Below, in pieces: positions 53,397 to 62,618 of a stretch of DNA of 64,000 nucleotides; positions within the stretch are counted from its first letter, which is position 1; the number at the start of each line of letters is the position of its first letter. The stretch is from Phycisphaerales bacterium (GTDB taxonomy: Bacteria > Planctomycetota > Phycisphaerae > Phycisphaerales > UBA1924). A program made the position numbers and the translations under genes. The stretch covers positions 89,621 to 153,620 of the forward strand of contig CAJPFG010000023.1 in the NCBI GenBank assembly GCA_905339235.1, in the 5' to 3' direction. Below the pieces are notes generated by a model. The model worked only from the letters and a program-made list of their open reading frames with translations, ran no database searches and had not been told where the DNA came from.

Positions 53397-54203
53397 TCAT
53401 CTCCTGGCTCTTTCAGTTTTCGAGCCGTCTGCAGCGATTTCCCAATAGGAACGCAGTTCTATGGCGTACTGCCCCAAGAGGGGCAAACCTCGGGACGAGG
53501 AAATCGACATTAGCGAGTTCACGATTACGGACAGGAAATCGATGACCTCGTCGTAGTCGGGCGTCGGGGGATGAAATGTCCAAACTCCGGGCTCTTGAAA
53601 TCGCCAGAATCCCCGGCCAACGACGCACATGACACGAATGGCCGGGCTCGTCCATGCGTTTGGATCTATTTCGCAGTATCGCTCCAACTCGGTCTTTCCG
53701 TCGGGCTTCAAGTCGCTGCTGAAAGCGAACACTCCGGTCGCGACTCCGGCAGGCCGACCGCCCAACTGCATTGTTGCCGATCCCGGGATAGCAGATCCCA
53801 GGGAGTGCACCACGGGAAGTAGGCATAGAGACTTTATCAACTCCGCCTTGCTTACGGCATCTCGCGATTCGCCAGCGTCGAGGGTGCTTTTCACCTCTAT
53901 TGCGGCGAGGCAGGCGTCAACCGGAAACATACCGAATCGATCGTCGTAAAGCACGGGAGCCATCAATCGGGGATCAATGATCACCACGTCGGTTTCGGGA
54001 GACTGCACCCCCAGGTTGTCGGCCAGTACTCCCGTGCCAAGACTGATGCCAGCTGGCACAAGTGGGCGCAGCAGCCCGTCCAATGCGATTTCACGAACCC
54101 GTCCGCGCAACAGTGAGTGGTGCAGCTGCGACGCCTCGCGAAACTGGTTGAGCGCGTTCTTGACGGTGCTGATCATCCTCGCCCGAACAATCGCATTGGC
54201 CAT
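53397..54203 (-). CDS. Predicted PD-(D/E)xK-superfamily nuclease-like protein (DUF6602-like)
   Basis: Core VVIIDPRLMAPVLYDDRFGMFPVDACLAAIEVKSTL gives D...(E-V-K) with beta-strand context typical of the restriction-endonuclease fold. Start ATG 54203 (MANAIV...); the track ORF's upstream extension looks like junk. Confidence 0.45.
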   Translation of the reverse strand: MANAIVRARMISTVKNALNQFREASQLHHSLLRGRVREIALDGLLRPLVPAGISLGTGVLADNLGVQSPETDVVIIDPRLMAPVLYDDRFGMFPVDACLAAIEVKSTLDAGESRDAVSKAELIKSLCLLPVVHSLGSAIPGSATMQLGGRPAGVATGVFAFSSDLKPDGKTELERYCEIDPNAWTSPAIRVMCVVGRGFWRFQEPGVWTFHPPTPDYDEVIDFLSVIVNSLMSISSSRGLPLLGQYAIELRSYWEIAADGSKTERARR

Positions 54204-54514
54204 GTGGCGAGCATAGCGGACGGCGATGGCAGGAGAACTGGTGGATTGCCGCCGGCGGATGGGGCGCAGCAGCGACGGGTGGCCCGACTCGAAGCGTGCC
54301 ACGAATCGTCCATCTGCGGCGCGATCCGTGCGGTTCCGCGGGAGCGGACGTACGTGGCGTCGGCCGGAGCGGGACTCGATGCGTCCAAGTCGGGGGGGTT
54401 GTGGGGTCGTGGGAGTTGTGGCCGCGCTGGACACGAGTCGCGCCGAAGACGGCGGACTCGTGGCACATTCAGTCAGTGTGCGAGCGGTGGAGTCGGGCCA
54501 CCCGCCTCTCGGTA

Positions 54515-54934
54515 TTATGCTCGGCACAGGAAGATCGCAGCACCGCCGAAGAACCCCGACCACACCAATGTCACCCATGGGAGAAGGAGGGTGGTGGCAA
54601 GGCGAGCACCGTGCAGGGTCTTGTCCTTGCGCAAGGTGCGCCAGACGAGAATCCCGGCGACGATGCCGAGGCCGGCCAGAACGTTCATCGGAACCGTCGT
54701 AAGGGCGCCGATGAGCCAGAGCGGCCCGTCTGATGAAGAAGGGATCTTGATGGTGAGGGCCCATGTCACGAGCCCGATGCCGAGCAGCACCCAGGCGGGG
54801 AGAGCCGCGGTGTTCACAAAGTCGCGAGTTTCAGCCGCAGTGCATGCACTCTTCGCGCTTCCGCACTCTGGACAACGCTCCGGGCCCTGCAAGGCGTACC
54901 CGCACCGGCGGCAATACCAAGTGATAGCACTCAT
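54515..54934 (-). CDS. Zinc-ribbon membrane protein (N-terminal CxxC...CPxCG ribbon + 3 TM helices), paralog A
   Basis: MSAITWYCRRCGYALQGPERCPECGSAKS followed by hydrophobic helices (LPAWVLLGIGLVTWALTI, LWLIGALTTVPMNVLAGLGIVAGILVW, LLLPWVTLVWSGFFGGAAIFL). Lies upstream of the nuclease-like gene, co-directional. Confidence 0.45.
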   Translation of the reverse strand: MSAITWYCRRCGYALQGPERCPECGSAKSACTAAETRDFVNTAALPAWVLLGIGLVTWALTIKIPSSSDGPLWLIGALTTVPMNVLAGLGIVAGILVWRTLRKDKTLHGARLATTLLLPWVTLVWSGFFGGAAIFLCRA

Positions 54935-55239
54935 AACGGCACCGTCGCGAATCCAAGAGTTTATCCAGCGTACTCCCAAGCCTGGCGGCAACATGGGTTC
55001 CCCCGGGGTGCCAGTGCGGGCGGCTGACCCTCCCGGTATCGGTGGCACACGGCGGGGTGGCATTCCTCGACTCCCTGACACCTTTGGCCGTGCCATCACT
55101 CCGCCGCGGCTTTGGGCGGCGCGAGTGATGCTTCGCGCGACAGGTACCCTGACGGAGCGTTCCTCAGGAGCCTCCCTCGCCGTCATCCTCGCTCCGATCC
55201 GGTACAATCCGCCCGAGTATCTCGCCGAAGGAACCGCCG

Positions 55240-55719
55240 ATGAAATCGATGAACCTGATCGCCGCGTTCACAGTGACCGGTCTGGTCTTCACCGGATGCG
55301 AGACAACCCGCTCTCCCGGCCCCGCGCCCGCGCCCCAGCCCGCGCCCAGTGGCTTCGATGATGTCATGTACCGCGCGGCCGAGGGCGGTCATCGCCACAT
55401 CATCCAGCGACGCCTCGACGCCGGGGCCAACATCAACACCGTCAACCCCGCGAACGGCTGGACTCCCCTCCACGCCGCCGCCTACGGCGGTCACAAGGAC
55501 CTTGTCAGTTTCATGCTCCTCCACGGGGCGGCGGTCAACGCCGTCGATCTCCACGGCAACACCGCCCTCCACCTCGCCGTCGGCCGCGGCCACCGGGAGA
55601 CCGTTCGTTCCCTGATCTCGGGCGGCCCCGATGTGTCCATCCGCAACAAGGCCGGAAAAACGGCCGCGGATCTCGCATCAGCAGAAACCCTGACCAAGTT
55701 CCCGCAACTCAAGCCCTGA
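55240..55719 (+). CDS. Ankyrin-repeat lipoprotein
   Basis: Lipobox VFTGC, then three ankyrin repeats (GWTPLHAAAYGGHKDLVSFMLLHGAAVNAVDLHGNTALHLAVGRGHRETVRSLISGG). Confidence 0.75.
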   Translation: MKSMNLIAAFTVTGLVFTGCETTRSPGPAPAPQPAPSGFDDVMYRAAEGGHRHIIQRRLDAGANINTVNPANGWTPLHAAAYGGHKDLVSFMLLHGAAVNAVDLHGNTALHLAVGRGHRETVRSLISGGPDVSIRNKAGKTAADLASAETLTKFPQLKP

Positions 55720-55902
55720 AGCGCATCGCCCTTGCGGCCAGTCCTCGTTCCGTCCACCCCGCCCCACGTAGAGTCCGGATCTCAGCGTTCAGCCCTCTCT
55801 CCTCTGCGTTCGCCTTTTTCCATCTGTGTAATCTGCGAAATCGGCGGTTCCTGCCTTCTCCGACTTTGGCCCTCTGGCCATTTGCGATGTGGCCATTTGG
55901 CC

Positions 55903-57225
55903 TCACTCCACCCCTCTCTCCATCGCCCACTCCACCGCCTCACAGAACCGCTCCACTTCATCCAGCGTCGTGTACACGCTCGGCGTGATGCGATTGCCCT
56001 TGCACTCCTCGTGCCCGATCGTCGTGACCAGAATCCGTTTCTTCTCCCACAGCCACCCTTGCAGTGTGAGCGCGTCGAGCCCGTCGATCGACAGGTTCCC
56101 GATCGCGCACGAGAACCGCGGGTTGAGCGACGTGTGCAGCCTCGCGCGGCCCTTGCCCGACGCGATGATCCGCTCCGCCCACGTGTCCCGCAGGAACCGC
56201 AGCCGCGCCTCCTTTCTCGCCCCCCCGATCGCCTCGTGAAACGTCAGCGCTTCCGCGATCGACAGCGCGATCCCCTCCGGGTGCGTGCCGATCTCCTCGA
56301 ACTTTCGGATGTTGTCCGACTGCTCCGCCGCCGCGGCCATCAGCGGCCACAGCCCCTTGATCTTCTCGCGCCGCACGTACAACAACCCCGTTCCCACCGG
56401 CGCCTGCAGCCACTTGTGCAGACTCACGCCGTAGTAGTCGCACCCGAGGTCGCTGAGTTTGAAGTCGTACTGCGCGAGGGCGTGAGCGCCGTCCACGATC
56501 ACCGGGATGCCGCCGTTCTTCGTGCGGGCCATCTCCACGATCTCGCGCACCGGCATGATCTGCCCCGTGATGTTCACCACGTGGCTGACAAGAATCATCC
56601 GCGTCCGCGCTGTGATCGCGGCCTCGTACCGCCGCACGACCTCGGCGACGTCCTCGCACGGCACGGGAATCTGGATCTGGACCAGTTTCACGCCCTCGCG
56701 CCGCTCGCGCTGCCGGAACGCCGTCATCATCCGCGGATAGTCCAGCGTGCACGCCAGAATCTCATCGCCCGCCTTGAGGTCGATCCCCATCTGGCAGATC
56801 TGCAGCGACTCCGACGAGTTCCGCGTGATCGCGATCTCCTCGGCGTCCACCCCCCAGCCCTTCGCCAGCCGCTCGCGCACCGTCTCGATCTGCGGATGCT
56901 GCATCGCCCACAGCGTGTTGCTCGTCGGCATCGAGTTGTGCTCGTCCAGCCGCCGCTTCAGCGCCTCGTGCGCGAACGTCGAGCACGGGCTCACCCCGCC
57001 GTTGTTCAGGTTCACCATCGACCGGTCCACCATGAAGGCCTGCTGGACGGTGGCCCAGTAATCCTCATCCCGCGCGGCCGCGGCGGGCGAAAGCCCCGCC
57101 CCGCGCTCCCGGATCTCCGCGATCAACCCGCGCGAAGGCGCGAACGCGGCGCCAGCCGCGCTCGGCAACGCGGCCACGCCGGCAACACCGACAACTCCCC
57201 CCAGAAACTCGCGACGATCGAGCAT
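55903..57225 (-). CDS. Class V aminotransferase-fold PLP enzyme with Tat signal peptide
   Basis: MLDRREFLGGVVGVAGVAALPSAAGAA is a twin-arginine signal. The class V fold (isopenicillin-N epimerase/cysteine desulfurase-like) includes ...ILVSHVVNITGQIMPVREIVEMA...VIVDGAHALAQ...DYYGVSLHKWL (PLP-binding Lys in SLHKW). Confidence 0.7.
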   Translation of the reverse strand: MLDRREFLGGVVGVAGVAALPSAAGAAFAPSRGLIAEIRERGAGLSPAAAARDEDYWATVQQAFMVDRSMVNLNNGGVSPCSTFAHEALKRRLDEHNSMPTSNTLWAMQHPQIETVRERLAKGWGVDAEEIAITRNSSESLQICQMGIDLKAGDEILACTLDYPRMMTAFRQRERREGVKLVQIQIPVPCEDVAEVVRRYEAAITARTRMILVSHVVNITGQIMPVREIVEMARTKNGGIPVIVDGAHALAQYDFKLSDLGCDYYGVSLHKWLQAPVGTGLLYVRREKIKGLWPLMAAAAEQSDNIRKFEEIGTHPEGIALSIAEALTFHEAIGGARKEARLRFLRDTWAERIIASGKGRARLHTSLNPRFSCAIGNLSIDGLDALTLQGWLWEKKRILVTTIGHEECKGNRITPSVYTTLDEVERFCEAVEWAMERGVE

Positions 57226-57271
57226 GCGGCACCTCCGGCCCGCAGAATACCGGATTGTCGCGCCGAGCGCA

Positions 57272-57928
57272 TCAGGGAATCCAGAGGCGAACGGCCAGCA
57301 GCAGACAAACCGAGGCTATGAGCAAGCCCGCGCTCCACCCGAGCAGTTGCCACGAAACTGCGCGGTGCCCAAGAGCCGCAGCCCACGGACGTTTCCAGTG
57401 GCGTCCGCACTCGGGGCATCGCTCTGGAGCAGCCCGCCATGATCCCATCTGGTAGTCACAGCGTTCGCAGACCACATGCATACCGCGACGGGCTGTAACG
57501 CCCATGAACAAGCAAACCAGCGAGGCATCAATGCCCAACTTCGCAGCAAAGAGACAGGCCAGCGGCCACATACCCGCCAACGTCAGACCGAGGAGGCCAA
57601 TGGCAATCAGTACGAACATCGCCGTGGTTACCCTTTTCCCAAGTCGTCGAGAGCGTCTGTTCCGCGACAGGCCTTCGCGGGTCAGCCGCCCCGCCGTTCG
57701 GTCGAACATCCACCGGATGATGACCGGCTGCCCCCATGCGAGGGCTCCAAAGACTGCAAAGAGGGTCAGCATCCTGACTGCACCAATGCCGCGCGCCATG
57801 GTGATGAGCACTTCCGGAATGGCCGGGCCACCAGCCCTGCTCGACGTGACGAACACGATCGGAACCGCCACAAAGAAAACCAGCACACCAAGCCCGACGC
57901 CCAAGATCGTGGCGGGCACCGCCCGCAA
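57272..57928 (-). CDS. Zinc-ribbon membrane protein, paralog B (TM helices + C-proximal CxxC...CPECG ribbon + 1 TM)
   Basis: HVVCERCDYQMGSWRAAPERCPECGRHW ribbon closely resembles paralog A. The preceding TM region (AVPATILGVGLGVLVFFVAVPIVFVTSSRAGGP...) resembles paralog A's post-ribbon region. Frame and start are uncertain. Confidence 0.4.
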   Translation of the reverse strand: MRAVPATILGVGLGVLVFFVAVPIVFVTSSRAGGPAIPEVLITMARGIGAVRMLTLFAVFGALAWGQPVIIRWMFDRTAGRLTREGLSRNRRSRRLGKRVTTAMFVLIAIGLLGLTLAGMWPLACLFAAKLGIDASLVCLFMGVTARRGMHVVCERCDYQMGSWRAAPERCPECGRHWKRPWAAALGHRAVSWQLLGWSAGLLIASVCLLLAVRLWIP

Positions 57929-58055
57929 CCCGCGACTCAGCCGAAGCCGCGCGAACCGAATCGCGATCTCACCCGCCGGTGTGCGAGTTGTCGCGGCCGT
58001 TGCCTTGCCGAAAATGGGTCGCGTCCAGATTGACAGTTGCCAGAACTCCCCGCCC

Positions 58056-58568
58056 CTACCCCTCGGCTACCGCGCCCGCCGCGTTCTTGGATTGTGCCTT
58101 CGCGGCCCCGCGCCCCTCGCCCGCAAGCAGCACGATCCCCGCGACGATCAGCACCACCGCCAGCGCCTTCTTCACCGTCATTGCCTCACCCAGCCACCAC
58201 CACCCCAGCAGCACCGCCGTCGCCGGGGCGATCCCAAACGCGATCGGCCGCAGCACCGAGATGTCCCCGTGCCGCAGCCCGGAGTAAAAGAAGAAGACAC
58301 CCGCGAAGCCGGCGAGCAGGCCCGAGCCGCCGATCAGGTACAGCCACGTCGAGGTCGAGGCCCCGCGAAACCACGCCGCATTCTCCGTCTCCCACACCCG
58401 CGTCGCGAGCAGGTACGCAATCACCACCGGCAGCACCGTCACCAGCGCCCGCACCAGCGTCGCGCCCATCGGGCCGACCTGCTTGCTGTTCAGCGCGGCC
58501 TTGGTCCCGATCTCGCCCACGCCCCAGCACAGCCCAGCCAGCACCGCGAAGAGAATCGCCTTGGTCAT
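58056..58568 (-). CDS. EamA-like (DMT superfamily) small transporter, single-domain
   Basis: 170 aa with 5 predicted TM helices; AILFAVLAGLCWGVGEIGTKAAL...VVLIVAGIVLLAG is EamA-type. Confidence 0.5.
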   Translation of the reverse strand: MTKAILFAVLAGLCWGVGEIGTKAALNSKQVGPMGATLVRALVTVLPVVIAYLLATRVWETENAAWFRGASTSTWLYLIGGSGLLAGFAGVFFFYSGLRHGDISVLRPIAFGIAPATAVLLGWWWLGEAMTVKKALAVVLIVAGIVLLAGEGRGAAKAQSKNAAGAVAEG

Positions 58569-58731
58569 GCCCCCAGCGTAAGCCCGCCACGTGCTCCCTC
58601 CGGGGCGTTCACCCGTGGGAACGCTTCATGCCGGTCAGTCGTGACGCGGCACTCCCATCCGATAGAGGAGCGTAGACCAACCGTCCGGTGATTCATCCGT
58701 CTATCCGGATTGATGGATATAGTCTCACGCC

Positions 58732-61700
58732 ATGCCCAACCGCTTCCTTCAAGCCCTCGCCGACCGCATGCTCGTCTTCGACGGAGCGATGGGTACCTCC
58801 ATCCACCAGCGCGATCTCGATCTGCACAAGGACTACTGCGGCTGCGAGAACTGCACGGACATCCTCGTAAAGACCCGGCCTGACGTCATTCAGGAGATCC
58901 ACGAGTCCTTCCTTGCGGTCGGCGCCGACTGCGTCGAGACCGACTCGTTCGGCACCAACAAACTCGTCCTCGCCGAGTTCGGCATCGCCGAGCAGACCTT
59001 CGAACTTGCCAAGCGTGCCGCCGAAGTCGCCCGTGCCGCCTGCGACCGCCACTCAACCAGCGACAAGCCGCGCTTCGCCATCGGCTCCATGGGCCCGGGC
59101 ACCAAACTCATCACGCTCGGCAACACCGACTGGCCCACGATGTTCGATTCCTACCGCGAGCAGGCCCGCGGCCTGCTCGCCGGCGGGGCCGACGCCTTCA
59201 TCATCGAGACCTGCCAGGACCTCCTCCAGGTCAAGTGCGCCATCAACGCGGTGCTGGCCGCGCTCGACGAGAAGGGCAAGTCGCCTCTCGAGGTTCCGAT
59301 CATGGTCTCCGTCACGATCGAGACGACGGGGACGATGCTGCTGGGCACCGAAATCGCCGCCGCGGCGCACGCCCTCGCCGGCTACCCCATCTGCTCGCTG
59401 GGCCTCAACTGCGCCACCGGTCCGACGGAAATGGCCGAGCACGTGCACTGGCTGGGCAGGCACTGGGGCGCCATGGGGCGACCCGGCCGCGCCGTCTCGG
59501 TCATGCCCAACGCCGGCCTTCCCGTCCTCGTCGAAGGCCGCACGGAATACCCGCTCAAGCCCCGGCCCTTCGCCGATGCGCTCGCGCAGTACATCGAGCG
59601 AGACGGCGTCCGCGTCGTTGGCGGCTGCTGCGGCACCACGCCCGAGCACATCCGGCTGGTTGCGGAAGCGGTGGAGGAGTTCCGTCGCAAGGGCCCGGCC
59701 TCGCCCAGGGCTGTCGTCTCCGCGTCGCCCGCCGTCACCAGCCTCTACTCGCCCACCGAATACCGCCAGGACACATCGATCCTGATTATCGGCGAGCGGA
59801 TGAATAGCAGCGGCAGCCGCGCGTTCAAGAAACTCCTCGAGGCGGAAGACTGGGACGGAATCGTCTCGCTCGCGCGCGAGCAGGTCCGTCACGACGGCGC
59901 GCACGTGCTCGATCTCAACGTGGACTACGCCGGGCGTGACAATGCACGCGACATGAGCGAAGTGATGCGGCGCGTCGTGCGGCAGGTCAACGTTCCCATC
60001 ATGCTCGACAGCACACAGATCAAGACCATCGAGGCCGGGCTGCGGCTCGCCGGCGGCAAGTGCATAATCAACAGCGCCAACTTCGAGGACGGCGAGCACA
60101 AGTTCGACGAGGTCTGTCGCCTCGCCAAGACCTATGGCGCGGCCCTGGTCATCGGCTCCATCGACGAGGACAAGGAAGCCTCGATGGCGCGCACCGCGGA
60201 TCGCAAACTCGCGATCGCACGGCGCGGCTACCAGCGCGCTACCGAGGTCCACGGACTCGCGCCCGCCGACCTCCTCTTCGACCCCCTCGTCCTTCCTGTC
60301 TCCACCGGCATGGAGAGCGACCGCCGTAGCGCCCTCGAAACTATCGAAGGCGTTCGCCTCATCGCCAAGCACCTGCCCGAGAGCCAGACCACCGTCGGCC
60401 TCTCGAACGTCAGTTTCGGCCTCAAGCCCGCCGCGCGCGTCGTCCTCAACAGCGCCTTCCTGCACGAACTCCAGGAGGCCGGCCTCACCAGCGCCATCCT
60501 TCACTTCAGCAAAATCCTTCCCAAAAACAAAATTCCCGACGATCAGTGGGCCGCGGCGATGGACCTGATCTACGACCGTCGCCGCGACGGCTTCGATCCG
60601 CTCGCCGCCTTCATCGCCCTCTTCAAGGACGTCGAAACTTCGGGCACTCTGAAGAAGGAGAAGAAACTCCTCACCCTCGAAGAACGCCTCCGCGGCCACA
60701 TCATCGACGGCGAGAAAGAGGGCCTCGCCGCCTCGCTCGACGAGGCGATGACGAAGTACAAGCCCCTCGACATCATCAACGACCACCTCCTCGACGGCAT
60801 GAAGACCGTCGGCGAACTCTTCGGCAGCGGCCAGATGCAGTTGCCCTTCGTGCTCCAGAGCGCCGAAGTCATGAAGATGGCCGTAGCACACCTCGAGCCC
60901 CACATGGAGCGCGTGCAGGGCAGCACGAAGGGCAGGATCGTCCTCGCGACCGTCAAGGGCGATGTCCACGACATCGGCAAGAACCTCGTCGACATCATCC
61001 TCAGCAACAACGGCTACACCGTCTACAACATCGGCATCAAGCAGCCCATCGCCGACATCGTGAAGGCCTGGAAGGAGCACAACGCCGACGCCATCGGCAT
61101 GTCCGGCCTGCTCGTGAAGTCCGTTAACGTCATGGAGGAAAACCTCAAGGAACTCAACGAGATGGGCCTGAATCCGCCGGTCATCCTCGGCGGCGCGGCC
61201 CTCACGCGGCACTACTGCGAGAGTCACCTTCGCGGCACGTACCGCGGCGAGTGCCTCTATGGCAAGGACGCATTCGACGGCCTGCGCACGATGGACTTCA
61301 TCATGTCCGGCAAGGTCGCCGACCTCGGCAAGGAAATCGCCGATCGCCAGGGCAAGCGCAGCAAGGCCGAGGAACTTATCAACAAGTCCCGCATCGAGAA
61401 ACTGGCTCGCGCCAACGCCGACCCCCCCGCCGCGGGCGCCGTCGCGACCGCCATCCGCGTCCGCTCCCATGTCCGCGCAGACGTTGCGGTGCCCACCCCC
61501 CCATTCTGGGGCACACGCGTCGTCACGGGCCTTGACCTCGACGACATCTACCCCTTCATCAACCCCATCGCTCTCTTCCGCGGCCAGTGGCAGGTCAAGA
61601 AAGGCGCCCTGAGCGATGCCGAGTACGGCGCGATGCTCGAGGACAAGATCCAGCCGATCTTCGAGCGCCTCAAGGCCGACTGCCGTGAGAAGCGCATCCT

Positions 61701-62289
61701 CCAGCCCGGAGTCGTCTACGGCTACTTCCCGTGCAGCAGTGACGGCGACGATCTGATCATCTGGGATCCCGCCGCGCCGCAGGCACGCCGTGAATCACTC
61801 CGCTTCACCTTCCCCCGACAGCCCGACAAGCGCCGCCTCTGCATCTCCGACTACTTCCGCCCGATCGATTCCGGCCAGCCGGACGTCATCGGGATGCACT
61901 GCGTCACGATGGGGCCGCGGGCGAGCGAGGAAGCCCGCGCCCTCTTCGCCGCGAACAAGTACCAGGACTATCTCTACCTCCACGGCCTGGGCGTCGAAAC
62001 GGCCGAGGCGCTCGCGGAGTTCTGGCACAAGCGCATGCGCCAGGAACTCGGCATCGCCGGCGAGGACAGCCCGAAGATCAAGGACCTCTTCACCCAACAC
62101 TACCGCGGCAGCCGCTACTCCTTCGGCTACCCCGCCTGCCCAAGCATGTCCGACCAGGAAAAACTCTTCGCGCTCCTTGATCCCTCCCGCATCGGCTGCG
62201 TCCTCACCGAGAACTGGCAGATCGACCCGGAGCAGAGCACGAGCGCGATCATTGTGCACCATCCCGAGGCGAAGTATTTCAACGTATGA
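58732..62289 (+). CDS. metH: Cobalamin-dependent methionine synthase
   Basis: 1185 aa carrying all four modules: Hcy-binding (MLVFDGAMGT), pterin-binding, B12-binding (DxHxxG: GDVHDIGKNLV...SGLL), and AdoMet reactivation domain. Confidence 0.95.
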   Translation: MPNRFLQALADRMLVFDGAMGTSIHQRDLDLHKDYCGCENCTDILVKTRPDVIQEIHESFLAVGADCVETDSFGTNKLVLAEFGIAEQTFELAKRAAEVARAACDRHSTSDKPRFAIGSMGPGTKLITLGNTDWPTMFDSYREQARGLLAGGADAFIIETCQDLLQVKCAINAVLAALDEKGKSPLEVPIMVSVTIETTGTMLLGTEIAAAAHALAGYPICSLGLNCATGPTEMAEHVHWLGRHWGAMGRPGRAVSVMPNAGLPVLVEGRTEYPLKPRPFADALAQYIERDGVRVVGGCCGTTPEHIRLVAEAVEEFRRKGPASPRAVVSASPAVTSLYSPTEYRQDTSILIIGERMNSSGSRAFKKLLEAEDWDGIVSLAREQVRHDGAHVLDLNVDYAGRDNARDMSEVMRRVVRQVNVPIMLDSTQIKTIEAGLRLAGGKCIINSANFEDGEHKFDEVCRLAKTYGAALVIGSIDEDKEASMARTADRKLAIARRGYQRATEVHGLAPADLLFDPLVLPVSTGMESDRRSALETIEGVRLIAKHLPESQTTVGLSNVSFGLKPAARVVLNSAFLHELQEAGLTSAILHFSKILPKNKIPDDQWAAAMDLIYDRRRDGFDPLAAFIALFKDVETSGTLKKEKKLLTLEERLRGHIIDGEKEGLAASLDEAMTKYKPLDIINDHLLDGMKTVGELFGSGQMQLPFVLQSAEVMKMAVAHLEPHMERVQGSTKGRIVLATVKGDVHDIGKNLVDIILSNNGYTVYNIGIKQPIADIVKAWKEHNADAIGMSGLLVKSVNVMEENLKELNEMGLNPPVILGGAALTRHYCESHLRGTYRGECLYGKDAFDGLRTMDFIMSGKVADLGKEIADRQGKRSKAEELINKSRIEKLARANADPPAAGAVATAIRVRSHVRADVAVPTPPFWGTRVVTGLDLDDIYPFINPIALFRGQWQVKKGALSDAEYGAMLEDKIQPIFERLKADCREKRILQPGVVYGYFPCSSDGDDLIIWDPAAPQARRESLRFTFPRQPDKRRLCISDYFRPIDSGQPDVIGMHCVTMGPRASEEARALFAANKYQDYLYLHGLGVETAEALAEFWHKRMRQELGIAGEDSPKIKDLFTQHYRGSRYSFGYPACPSMSDQEKLFALLDPSRIGCVLTENWQIDPEQSTSAIIVHHPEAKYFNV

Positions 62290-62304
62290 CCTAGGATTGA
62301 GTGC

Positions 62305-62547
62305 ATGAAACTCGAGTCGCTGGTGGACATCCTGGAGTCAGAGCCGTTCAAGCCATTCGTGCTCCACGTTGCCGATGGCCGACGGCTCCACGTGCCAAAC
62401 CCGCACTTGGTCGCCCTCGTCGGCGGCGGGCGCACGGTCTTTGTTGCGGATCCAAAGCGGGACCGGTGGAACTTTGTTGACCTGCTGATGATTACGGGGA
62501 TTGAAGTGACCAACGGTCATTCGGGCCGACGCCGGAAGTCCGCGTGA
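62305..62547 (+). CDS. Hypothetical small protein (80 aa)
   Basis: ORF MKLESLVDILESEPFKPFVLHVADGRRLHVPNPHLVALVGGGRTVFVADPKRDRWNFVDLLMITGIEV...; non-junk composition; no family recognised. Confidence 0.3.
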   Translation: MKLESLVDILESEPFKPFVLHVADGRRLHVPNPHLVALVGGGRTVFVADPKRDRWNFVDLLMITGIEVTNGHSGRRRKSA

Positions 62548-62618
62548 CACGCGAGTCACATGAAGCGTGCTTTATGAGCCGTTGACTCCCGTTTCATCCC
62601 CGCGCGCCATCATCTGGT

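Noticed and set aside
59053-61470. 805-aa minus-strand ORF across metH, plus several 90-190-aa out-of-frame ORFs
   Set aside because: Antisense to canonical metH; low-complexity composition.
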